Source: a virus (taxonomy: Duplodnaviria; Caudoviricetes). Taken from it: a stretch of DNA of 24,929 bases. The notes beneath the pieces are model-generated. The model did not search any database. It was not told the origin of the DNA and saw nothing but the letters and a program-made list of their open reading frames with translations. Below, one piece after another: positions 13,273 through 20,961 of the stretch; position 1 is the first letter of the stretch, and the number at the start of each line of letters is the position of its first letter. Both the position numbers and the translations under genes were made by a program. Where the stretch lies: positions 1 to 24,929 of the IMG/VR virus record IMGVR_UViG_3300012948_000020; one strand, 5' to 3'.

Positions 13273-15195
13273 ATGACCGCAGTAAGAAAGGTGCGACGTC
13301 ACCGTAAGCCGTTGGGGTTTGCGGCGGCGTTTGTGACACTTTCTGCAATTCTGGTGTTTGCGTTCGCCTCGAGCGCACTCATCGGTAGCAGTAACTTCGA
13401 AGGAAACGACGGGAATCTCGTCGTGAACGGAGCCGGTCATACTGACTGGGACAATGCTCCGAATCTGACTTCCGCCCAGGATCAGGAGCGGAGCCAAACT
13501 GACAACTCGTTCGGACAGGGCACGAAGGAAGACAACGTGAACGTTACTGTTGTCTCGGGCTCGATTCCGAATTCGAAGGCCGACCTCGCACGCTATGCAA
13601 CTGCTGGTGAGGTCATCAACGGCGAAACGTATCTCTATCTTGCGTGGAGCCGTGCCAACCAGTCCGGAACGGTCAACTTCGACTTCGAGCTGAATCAGCT
13701 GGCTCAGCCAGATCTGACAACGCCTGGAGCGAAGGTGCTGAACCGGATGGCGGGTGATGCTCTGATCAACTACTCGTTCCAGGGTGGAAGCAACACGCCG
13801 ACGCTCACGAGGCGATCGTGGACCGGCAGCGCCTGGGGACCAGAGGTTCCGATCAGTGGCACCTGTTCTGAGGGAGCAACAAACAGCTCCCCGGTTCTTG
13901 ACACGCTCGGTGGGCGACCGCCGGTTAGCCGTCCTGCTCAGCAGTTCGGTGAGGCCGCGATCAACCTCGTATGTGCTGGAATCGTTCAGCCGAACGCATG
14001 CGAGCCGTTCACGTCGTCGTACGTGAAGTCCCGCTCTTCGACAGCGTTTACGTCGGAGATCAAGGATTTCGTGGCGCCGATTCCGTTGAACTTCTCGAAC
14101 TGTGGTCGGGTGATCATTCGAAAGCAGACCGATCCCAATGGTGCTACTCAGTCGTTCGGATACCATAAATCATTCACCACACAGCCTGCAACAGGGAACA
14201 CATTCTCGTTGCAGGACGATGGTGTTCAGAACTTCACTGGGGTGCAACAGGCAAGTGGTCTGACCGTGAGCGAAGATCCGGCGCCACCTGGCTGGGACTT
14301 CGATCATGTGGACTGCTCGGCATCAACGGGCGTAAGTCCGACAATCAACGGAGCATTGGTGACGTTTGCCATCGACAATGCTTCCGATATTCTCGACTGC
14401 ACCTACTTCAACCGCAGTCGAGGCACGATCATCCTCAAGAAGGTGACCGATAGCGGCAACGGCAGCTTCCTGTTCACATCTGGTACGCTGCCCGGTGCCC
14501 CATTCACACTCACCACAACCGGTGCAGGTGAAGCTGGATCTGCTTCGCAGACGATCAGCGATCTCGTTCCTGGTGTGTATGATGCAGCTGAGCAGGTCCC
14601 TGCCAACTGGCATATCGTCGGAACACCGTCTTGTGACGACAATAGTTCCCCGGCGGCAATCAGCCTGCAGGGTGGCGAGACCGTCACTTGTACGTGGCAC
14701 GACGACCGTGATGTGGGAGCGATCGACATCTCCAAGCTGCGTAAGCATGCAGCTGACGGACCTGGCGATCACCCGCAGTCGGGCGTTCAGTTCCAGGTGC
14801 TGCTCGGCGGTAACGTCGTCGGTAGTGCTACGACTGACTCGAGTGGCCATGCTTGTGTGAGTGGTCTTCTCGTCTCGGCGTTCGCTGGTGACTACACGGT
14901 CCACGAGATCCTGCCTTCTGGTTATCACGGAGAAGCAGACAAGACCGTGACTGTCGTTACGTCGACTGGCTGCGGTGACGAGCCGAATGACGACGCGGAT
15001 GTCACGTTCCACAACACACCACTGACGAACGTAACCGTCTCGATCGATTCTCAGGTCGTTGGCGGCACGGCGTCGACGGTGGACTGCGACAACAACGACC
15101 TCGACTTCTCGACCGGGGCCGGTGGGGATGGTTCACAGACGGCGAACAATCAGGAACCGCAGACCATCCATTGCACGATCGTAGTCGATCCGTAA
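13273..15195 (+). CDS. Secreted beta-rich protein with CnaB/SpaA (pilin, prealbumin-fold)-like repeats
   Basis: Basic then hydrophobic signal peptide; repeats with I.I.K...E...TF/Y.N/D pattern and paired Cys; RBS AGGAGG. Confidence 0.8.
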   Translation: MTAVRKVRRHRKPLGFAAAFVTLSAILVFAFASSALIGSSNFEGNDGNLVVNGAGHTDWDNAPNLTSAQDQERSQTDNSFGQGTKEDNVNVTVVSGSIPNSKADLARYATAGEVINGETYLYLAWSRANQSGTVNFDFELNQLAQPDLTTPGAKVLNRMAGDALINYSFQGGSNTPTLTRRSWTGSAWGPEVPISGTCSEGATNSSPVLDTLGGRPPVSRPAQQFGEAAINLVCAGIVQPNACEPFTSSYVKSRSSTAFTSEIKDFVAPIPLNFSNCGRVIIRKQTDPNGATQSFGYHKSFTTQPATGNTFSLQDDGVQNFTGVQQASGLTVSEDPAPPGWDFDHVDCSASTGVSPTINGALVTFAIDNASDILDCTYFNRSRGTIILKKVTDSGNGSFLFTSGTLPGAPFTLTTTGAGEAGSASQTISDLVPGVYDAAEQVPANWHIVGTPSCDDNSSPAAISLQGGETVTCTWHDDRDVGAIDISKLRKHAADGPGDHPQSGVQFQVLLGGNVVGSATTDSSGHACVSGLLVSAFAGDYTVHEILPSGYHGEADKTVTVVTSTGCGDEPNDDADVTFHNTPLTNVTVSIDSQVVGGTASTVDCDNNDLDFSTGAGGDGSQTANNQEPQTIHCTIVVDP

Positions 15196-15202
15196 ACACG
15201 AT

Positions 15203-15715
15203 TCTCCGGAAGCGCGAGGGAATCCGCCGGAGATAGGGAGGGGTGCCCATAACCACACACTAGTGGGCAAGCATCCCTCCCGCGCGTTTTTCCGTCCTAT
15301 GGTCTAAGGTAGATGGTTGCGAACGGCGCAACTCACGGATAAAACTGAGTTCACAGTAGCATAGGAATCTGTGAGCCAATCCGGTAGTAAGGAAAGCGAA
15401 AGTTCACTTGCAAGGGGCGAGTAGCTTGTAGTTCCAGAATCCGGCGGTACGAGAGGTCGTTATTACAATCAGCGCCAAGCTGAGCTACTCTCGTTAGCTC
15501 AGTCCTTTCGTAGTGGTCTCAGGCATGCGGGCATCGTATCGGGCTTTTCAAAGCATGCAGGGTGAGACGTCGATAGGCCCGAGCGGGCTCACCCATAAAA
15601 TTTAAAGCTTAGATGAGAGGATAAGGGAGACATCTAAGGATAGGGCGGCTCTATCATTTCCGCAAGCCCGAACCCCCTAGATTCTTTTCACTGCGGCGTG
15701 AAGAGGCTAGGGGGT
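15203..15715 (+). ncRNA. Array 1 of back-to-back structured RNA elements
   Basis: About 520 nt with no credible ORF, tiled by stems: TCTCCGG/CCGGAGA, GGGAGGGGTGC/GCATCCCTCCC, TCCTATG/CATAGGA, GCTGAGCTA/TAGCTCAGT, GTCTCA/TGAGAC, CTTAGATG/CATCTAAG and ACCCCCTAG/CTAGGGGGT. Confidence 0.6.
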
Positions 15716-15735
15716 AGGCATTAATTGGGGGATAA

Positions 15736-15945
15736 ATGCACCAAATAACCTTCGAAAAACTCGGCGGCGACGACAGTAGTTGGGTTAAAATATACGATGA
15801 CCCAGACGACGAGGATTTCGAGTTCATGGATCCCGTTCCTCACCATACCTTGTACAGTCAGATCGAGAATCTGAAAAGGCTGGGTTGGAAAGTAAAAACA
15901 GACGTAGATCCAGAGTTTCCCGGATTTATTCTCGTTAAGAACTGA
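15736..15945 (+). CDS. Hypothetical protein
   Basis: RBS GGGGGA; 69-aa ORF. Confidence 0.7.
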   Translation: MHQITFEKLGGDDSSWVKIYDDPDDEDFEFMDPVPHHTLYSQIENLKRLGWKVKTDVDPEFPGFILVKN

Positions 15946-15955
15946 GAGGAAAAAA

Positions 15956-16150
15956 ATGCCAGTAGACAAATTTGTACTTCAACATGAGAAGTGGGGCACC
16001 ATTCATCAGTTGAAGCCTGGTGGCAAAGAGACGTACTGCGGGAACGGCAACAACGGCGGAAATTACAAGCGCAAAAAGCTCAGCAAGGCGAATACACATC
16101 CAAAAGCTCATCCTTGCGGGACAGCGCTGAAGTGCGGAGCAAATCTCTAG
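15956..16150 (+). CDS. Small basic protein with His/Cys residues
   Basis: RBS GAGGA; H...TYCG...PCG...CG. Confidence 0.65.
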   Translation: MPVDKFVLQHEKWGTIHQLKPGGKETYCGNGNNGGNYKRKKLSKANTHPKAHPCGTALKCGANL

Positions 16151-16306
16151 ATGGCAGAGCTGGAGAACGGTCTAATCGAGCATGTGAAGAAAGTTCGGAT
16201 GGCTGAGACTTTGGCAAAAGATGGGCTTTCCGCTGAAGAAATTGCCAAAGCCATGGGTATCAGCGAAGCTAGTGTCCGTTTTCTTTTGAGCGAAACAACT
16301 AAATGA
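16151..16306 (+). CDS. Stand-alone HTH protein, 51 aa
   Basis: Not in the ORF track; GGAG upstream; DGLSAEEIAKAMGISEASVRFLL is a canonical HTH. Confidence 0.75.
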   Translation: MAELENGLIEHVKKVRMAETLAKDGLSAEEIAKAMGISEASVRFLLSETTK

Positions 16307-16408
16307 ATCTCTGGGGTCTGACATGCTGGCCACTGTATCCTCAAGTGCGATCTAAACCGTCTACAAAAATTGGAGTGTGGCCCGTTTATCCACCGAAAGA
16401 GGAAGAAG

Positions 16409-16612
16409 ATGGAAGAGCTAGTAAAAGAAATTCGAAGACTGCGAAACCGAGAAGGAATCCCACTTCACTTTCGTCGTCGCCTCGGCGGTAGTAAACCGGC
16501 CATAACCATCTCGTATGGCTACAAAAGAATTGCGCACAACGTGAGCGAAAAAGAAGGACTTTTGATTGTCAACGCAGTGCGCTGGGTTTACCACGATTTT
16601 GTGAATCCTTAA
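16409..16612 (+). CDS. Hypothetical protein (MEELVKEIRRLR...)
   Basis: RBS GAGGA precedes ATG16409. Confidence 0.65.
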   Translation: MEELVKEIRRLRNREGIPLHFRRRLGGSKPAITISYGYKRIAHNVSEKEGLLIVNAVRWVYHDFVNP

Positions 16613-16623
16613 AAGGAGAAAAA

Positions 16624-16875
16624 TTGCCCGACGAAGTTACCAACATCAACGAAGTTAAGAAGTCGAGTGATGGGTCCGTCAAGATCTCAGTCGAGAAGTA
16701 CGAACAGCTGCTCCAGGCAGCTGCCAAGCCCACGACAATCAATCGGACCGAAGTCATCAAGACAGCCGAGATGGTCGCTCGGGACTATCGGATTTGGGGC
16801 GGCTCCTTCATGGGACTCGGCGCGGCTATTTTCACCGTCGGCGTGTTCCTTTACAGGGCCGGGCTACGAGCGTAA
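16624..16875 (+). CDS. Protein with a C-terminal TM segment
   Basis: RBS AAAAGGAG with TTG start; WGGSFMGLGAAIFTVGVFLY. Confidence 0.75.
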   Translation: MPDEVTNINEVKKSSDGSVKISVEKYEQLLQAAAKPTTINRTEVIKTAEMVARDYRIWGGSFMGLGAAIFTVGVFLYRAGLRA

Positions 16876-16881
16876 ATAAAG

Positions 16882-17230
16882 ACTGAGCCTGGTGACCGAC
16901 GTGAATACGAAGAACCTCGGGTGGATCAGCCCGCACAGGTAGGAATCAGGCTCAGTAAAGTTCGGAGGGGCAGCGGTAGTACCGTATCTGGATAACAACC
17001 AGGAGGCAGATTAATAACCAAGACGGCGCCGTGTTGGGAGTCATTCTGTCTGCCCCCCGATTAGTACTCTCCGAGACACACACATCCGTAGAGTTAAGGC
17101 GGGTAGAGCTCACTCGGAGATAGGGTGGGGACATTTTTAGTGCGTTTATTCCCTTATGCCGGAGAGACATCCTCCCTCTGGTAGGGCCACTAAATTTGTC
17201 CCCATCCGCCGGTTCAAGCCTTTTATTTTT
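16882..17230 (+). ncRNA. Array 2 of four back-to-back stem-closed RNA elements
   Basis: ACTGAGCCTGGT/ATCAGGCTCAGT; TCGGAGGGGCAG/CTGCCCCCCGA; TCTCCGAG/CTCGGAGA; GGGTGGGGACA/TGTCCCCATCC; ends in a T-run. Confidence 0.65.
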
Positions 17231-17245
17231 CGAAAGGATATCTAA

Positions 17246-17482
17246 ATGGATCTGTTCGGACGAAAGCCCGACGCACTTACCAGCCCAGAATTCGTCGCCC
17301 TCGCTTGGCATTTGGCTGGTGCCTCCTTGGTAGCGTCTGTCGTACTGGACAAGAAGGAAGATTTGGAAGTGCAAGAAGTTGGTAGAGTTTTAGGCGTCTT
17401 GTCCTCGAGTTTCTCCGATCGTTTCGGTGTAAAAGAACCGACAATCAAATCACCAGAAGTCTCGACGTATAAAACTAAGTAA
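17246..17482 (+). CDS. Hypothetical protein
   Basis: RBS GAAAGGA. Confidence 0.65.
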   Translation: MDLFGRKPDALTSPEFVALAWHLAGASLVASVVLDKKEDLEVQEVGRVLGVLSSSFSDRFGVKEPTIKSPEVSTYKTK

Positions 17483-17490
17483 GGACCAAG

Positions 17491-17703
17491 ATGATTCCTA
17501 AAGGTTATACGGTCGAAGAACTTGATATACGACTTCCCGGTGAACCAGAGCTGACTACTCGTTTCAAATGGCGTGCCAACTGGCGTTGCAAGACGATGGA
17601 GAAGATACGAAATGGGACGCCATCCTACAGATACGAGGTAATCGACGAAGGCAATCGATATTTGGTAGTGGCAATGCAAAACAGATTGGTGCCGATAAAA
17701 TGA
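17491..17703 (+). CDS. Hypothetical protein
   Basis: RBS TAAGGA; ATGA overlap with the next gene. Confidence 0.7.
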   Translation: MIPKGYTVEELDIRLPGEPELTTRFKWRANWRCKTMEKIRNGTPSYRYEVIDEGNRYLVVAMQNRLVPIK

Positions 17704-17996
17704 AACTCATAGTTGGTGACCGACAAAGTGGACGAACAACTGATCTGATCAAAGCTGTAGCCGACGACATGGCTCACGGACTAACGTCTTACATCGTGTG
17801 CCATACAAGTCAAGATGCTTATAGAATCGCACAAGAAGCGCAGAAGATGGAATTGGATATAAGTTTTTCTATAACATACGAAGAGTTTATTCACAGGCAA
17901 TATTCGGGTAAGAACATAGACAAACTGTACATCGACAATCTTCGTATGTTTCTAAAACATATTTCCATAGTTCCTATCGAGGCGGTGGTTTGGTGA
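17700..17996 (+). CDS. Small degenerate P-loop-fold protein
   Basis: MKLIVGDRQSGRTT (Walker A-like, K replaced by R) and KLYIDNL (Walker B-like). Confidence 0.65.
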   Translation: MKLIVGDRQSGRTTDLIKAVADDMAHGLTSYIVCHTSQDAYRIAQEAQKMELDISFSITYEEFIHRQYSGKNIDKLYIDNLRMFLKHISIVPIEAVVW

Positions 17997-18193
17997 TGCT
18001 TGGTCCTCCTACATGGACATGTCACGTGTGCGGTAAAGAGCGTCCGGATGACAAGATCTCTGTATATTCACAAACGACAATGGAGCATGGCGTTGAAATT
18101 CAGCAAAATGTTCGCTATTGCAACGACAATCCGAAATGTGTGGAAGGTGCTAAGACGATTAGGTGGTTTGATAATGGAGAGGAAAGTGGGTAA
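17990..18193 (+). CDS. Zinc-binding protein
   Basis: WTCHVC...YCNDNPKC; RBS GAGG. Confidence 0.7.
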   Translation: MVMLGPPTWTCHVCGKERPDDKISVYSQTTMEHGVEIQQNVRYCNDNPKCVEGAKTIRWFDNGEESG

Positions 18194-18335
18194 GTGCCCT
18201 TCGTGTGGAGAAGAGCTGAAAAAAGTTGGGCAGTTTAGACCCGAGGGAGAAGCACCTAAAGGTCGATACAAGTGTATGAACTCCGAATGTTCCGAACGAG
18301 GCTGGTTCAATAGACAAGGAGAGCGGAGATCATGA
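18174..18335 (+). CDS. Zinc-ribbon protein, 53 aa
   Basis: CPSC...CMNSEC; AGGTGG upstream of ATG18174. Confidence 0.65.
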   Translation: MERKVGKCPSCGEELKKVGQFRPEGEAPKGRYKCMNSECSERGWFNRQGERRS

Positions 18336-18670
18336 GTGATAGAGAAGGACGCTTAGAAGTTCAAGGTATCGTCTCCATGAAAACCGATGAACCGATGGTC
18401 CAATTTCGTCAGCTCGAGCGTTCTCCCGGGACGGAATGGGAAACAGTCGCCGAATGGCAGGCCGTTGTCTCCGATGCGCGAGAGATGGCTCAGCAAGTTC
18501 TCGAAGCAGCGATGAATGCCACCTATGACGCAGCACTGGTAGGGTGGGTAAAGGAAAACTGGCCTGACGATTGGCAAGAGATGGTTGGACCGCTACTTAC
18601 ACAAATTCGTAGATACCGCGCTGACACGTGGGGACTTCCCGATCAACCGGAGGATTGGCGTAATGGCTGA
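18332..18670 (+). CDS. Hypothetical protein
   Basis: RBS GGAG; ATGA coupling. Confidence 0.75.
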   Translation: MSDREGRLEVQGIVSMKTDEPMVQFRQLERSPGTEWETVAEWQAVVSDAREMAQQVLEAAMNATYDAALVGWVKENWPDDWQEMVGPLLTQIRRYRADTWGLPDQPEDWRNG

Positions 18671-18845
18671 ACCTAAGACCGAAATCGAAAAGCGTCTGGA
18701 CAGGCAGGATCTGGCAATCCGGACGATGGCTCATTGGCTTCACGAGGCTCAAACTGGATTTGGTGCCCAAGACGTCCTAGGAATTGAAGGCATTCTAGAT
18801 GGAACTAAAAGCGCATCAGAAGATAGCACTAGCTCAGCTGACTAA
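18663..18845 (+). CDS. Hypothetical protein (MAEPKTEIEKRLDRQD...)
   Basis: GGAGG precedes ATG18663. Confidence 0.65.
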   Translation: MAEPKTEIEKRLDRQDLAIRTMAHWLHEAQTGFGAQDVLGIEGILDGTKSASEDSTSSAD

Positions 18846-19995
18846 CGGCACGATCCTGTGGGGCGGCGTGGGGGCCGGAAAGTCTGCGGTCGCAGTCGAG
18901 TACTACCTGCGATACGAGAAGCCCAAGGACGTGTACGTGATCACAACAGCCAAGAAGCGCGATGAATTGGACTGGGACAAAGAATTTGTCGAGCGTGGGG
19001 TGAGTAAGCATGAAAGAGGAAAAGATACCGGACTCCTACATGTTGATAGCTGGAATAACCTCCACAAGTACCGAGATGTCGAAGAAGCTTTCTTCATCTT
19101 TGACGAGCAAAGACTGGTCGGCAGTGGTACATGGGTGCGATCCTTCCTTCGAGTTGCCCGAAACAATCGATGGATTCTTCTCACTGCAACCCCAGGGGAC
19201 ACATGGCTGGACTATATCCCTGTATTCGTCGCTAACGGGTTCTATAAGAATAGAACTCAGTTCAAAAGAGAGCACGTCGTTTACAAACCGTATTCGAAAT
19301 TTCCTAAGGTCGATCGCTATCTGGACGAGACACGGCTAGAAAAATACCGAGATCAGATATTAGTGAAGATGCCGTATCCGAAGATGACGGTTAGGCATCC
19401 ACACACAGAATGGGTTGGTTACAACGAATCTCTGTTGGAAAATGTCGTCAAAACCCGGTGGCACATCTACCAAAACAGGCCAATAAAAGATATTGCAGAG
19501 CTGTGGATCGTTATGAGAAGGGTGATCAACAGCGATCCAAGTCGCGTCAGGCGCATAGGAGAGCTTCTAAACATCCATCCGAAGCTGGTGGTATTCTATA
19601 ACTTTGACTACGAACTAGAGCTTCTACGGGGCTTACAACGCGACGTAGCGGTATCTGAGTGGAACGGTCACAAGCACGAGCGCATTCCGACCGCCAGTTC
19701 GTGGGCATACCTGGTACAGTACGTAGCAGGCTCCGAAGGGTGGAATTGTGTAGAAACCAATGCCATATCCTTCTACAGTCTTACCTATTCTTACAAAACC
19801 TGGGAACAGGCGCATGGGAGAATAGATCGTCTGAACAGTCCTTTCATAGATCTGTACTACTATACCCTGAGAAGTAAGTGCTGGGTAGATGACGCCATCT
19901 GGAAGAGCCTGAAAGCCAAGAAAAACTTCAATACGAGCCAATATGACGTCGAAAATCTTGGCATCTTGGCAAATAAAAAAGCTGATTTGGCTTAA
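18799..19995 (+). CDS. SF2 (SNF2-like) DNA helicase
   Basis: Motifs GGVGAGKS, FIFDEQR, LLTATP, SEGWN and QAHGRIDR. Confidence 0.9.
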   Translation: MELKAHQKIALAQLTNGTILWGGVGAGKSAVAVEYYLRYEKPKDVYVITTAKKRDELDWDKEFVERGVSKHERGKDTGLLHVDSWNNLHKYRDVEEAFFIFDEQRLVGSGTWVRSFLRVARNNRWILLTATPGDTWLDYIPVFVANGFYKNRTQFKREHVVYKPYSKFPKVDRYLDETRLEKYRDQILVKMPYPKMTVRHPHTEWVGYNESLLENVVKTRWHIYQNRPIKDIAELWIVMRRVINSDPSRVRRIGELLNIHPKLVVFYNFDYELELLRGLQRDVAVSEWNGHKHERIPTASSWAYLVQYVAGSEGWNCVETNAISFYSLTYSYKTWEQAHGRIDRLNSPFIDLYYYTLRSKCWVDDAIWKSLKAKKNFNTSQYDVENLGILANKKADLA

Positions 19996-20285
19996 ACAAG
20001 CGGTTTGAGCGTGTAAGGATTTGCCCAGAAAAATCGATCCGAAACTTTATGGGGGATTGAGTGTAATATCTATATAGCCCATAACCTACGTATTCTCTAA
20101 CCCTACGCGCACGGAGAATAGATATTAGGTTAAACGCTATAGAAAGTTCTTTGACGTTTTTTCTTGGCAAGGCCAAAAAGTGAGTTTTTAGCTCAACCAC
20201 AAAGAAAATCGAGCAAAAACAGCTGAAAAAAAATCTTGGCAACGATCTTGGCAAATATCTTTTTATAGGAGGAAAACAATAAAAA
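19956..20285. repeat. Putative replication origin with five TCTTGGCA iterons in AT-rich DNA
   Basis: TCTTGGCA at 19956, 19964, 20162, 20234 and 20246; A/T tracts; non-coding from 19996. Confidence 0.5.
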
Positions 20286-20382
20286 CCACCCACAAGGCTC
20301 GCGCAGGTTTCTCAAGGCCTTTAAAAGAAAATCGGCCCGCAAAGCCGTCGCCTTTTCCCAAGGGCCCTAATAGGAGAAAAGT

Positions 20383-20880
20383 ATGGAAGAACAATGGAGA
20401 CCGATAGCGGATTTCCCTGGATACAGCGTCAGTAATCTAGGAAACGTGCGCACTGACAAGTCTGGGAGAATCTTACGCCTAAACGCCAACCAATTCGGCG
20501 TTCTTCAAGTAGGAATGATGCGAGATGGAACCCAATACCACAGATCCGTCCCACTCCTGGTGGCCAAGGCTTTTATTCCTCAGCCTCTTGGGCCTTTTGA
20601 TACTCCTATTAACCTTAACGGTGATCGTCACAATAACGAAGTAGACAATCTAGCATGGCGTCCAAGGTGGTTTGCGATCAAGTACAACCAGCAATTTCGT
20701 TATTCATACCCCCACCACATTCCAATGCCGATCATCGATCTCAACACACGAGAGATCAGTGAGAATTCGCTAGATTGTGCTATGCGTTACGGTCTTCTCG
20801 AGGAAGATCTGGTAATGTCTATCCTAAATCGCACCTATGTTTTCCCAACTTATCAAGAATTTGGCGTTTATGAGGAATAG
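20383..20880 (+). CDS. NUMOD4-domain protein with a degenerate HNH module
   Basis: EQWRPIADFPGYSVSNLGNVR (NUMOD4); INLNGDRHNNEVDNL lacks the first His of the HNH motif. Confidence 0.8.
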   Translation: MEEQWRPIADFPGYSVSNLGNVRTDKSGRILRLNANQFGVLQVGMMRDGTQYHRSVPLLVAKAFIPQPLGPFDTPINLNGDRHNNEVDNLAWRPRWFAIKYNQQFRYSYPHHIPMPIIDLNTREISENSLDCAMRYGLLEEDLVMSILNRTYVFPTYQEFGVYEE

Positions 20881-20889
20881 ATATTAGTT

Positions 20890-20918
20890 CGTAGCCACTA
20901 CGTAGAATATAATGAGAG
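20890..20918 (+). promoter_or_regulatory. Repeated putative phage promoter motif, copy 6 (variant)
   Basis: CGTAG-ccactacgtagaata-TAATGAGAG, followed by a weak AGAGGTAG/CTATCTTT stem and a T-run. Confidence 0.6.
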
Positions 20919-20961
20919 GTAGTAGCTAACTCTATCTTTTTTGAGGAGGTAATCACTAAAT

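Noticed and set aside
13270-15012. Long minus-strand ORFs (298 aa and 229 aa)
   Set aside because: Antisense shadows of a GC-rich gene; Arg-rich, with no motifs or RBS.
16303-16491. 62-aa ORF with WPLYP/WPVYP repeat
   Set aside because: ATGA-coupled and possibly real, but it overlaps the better-supported 16409 gene by 83 nt and has no other support, so it was not called.
15203-17230. tRNA or tmRNA genes in the non-coding arrays
   Set aside because: No canonical cloverleaf with a TTCRA T-loop in a 5-bp arm and a 7-bp acceptor stem. GGTTCAAGCC at 17211 is T-arm-like, but no matching acceptor, D or anticodon arms were found.
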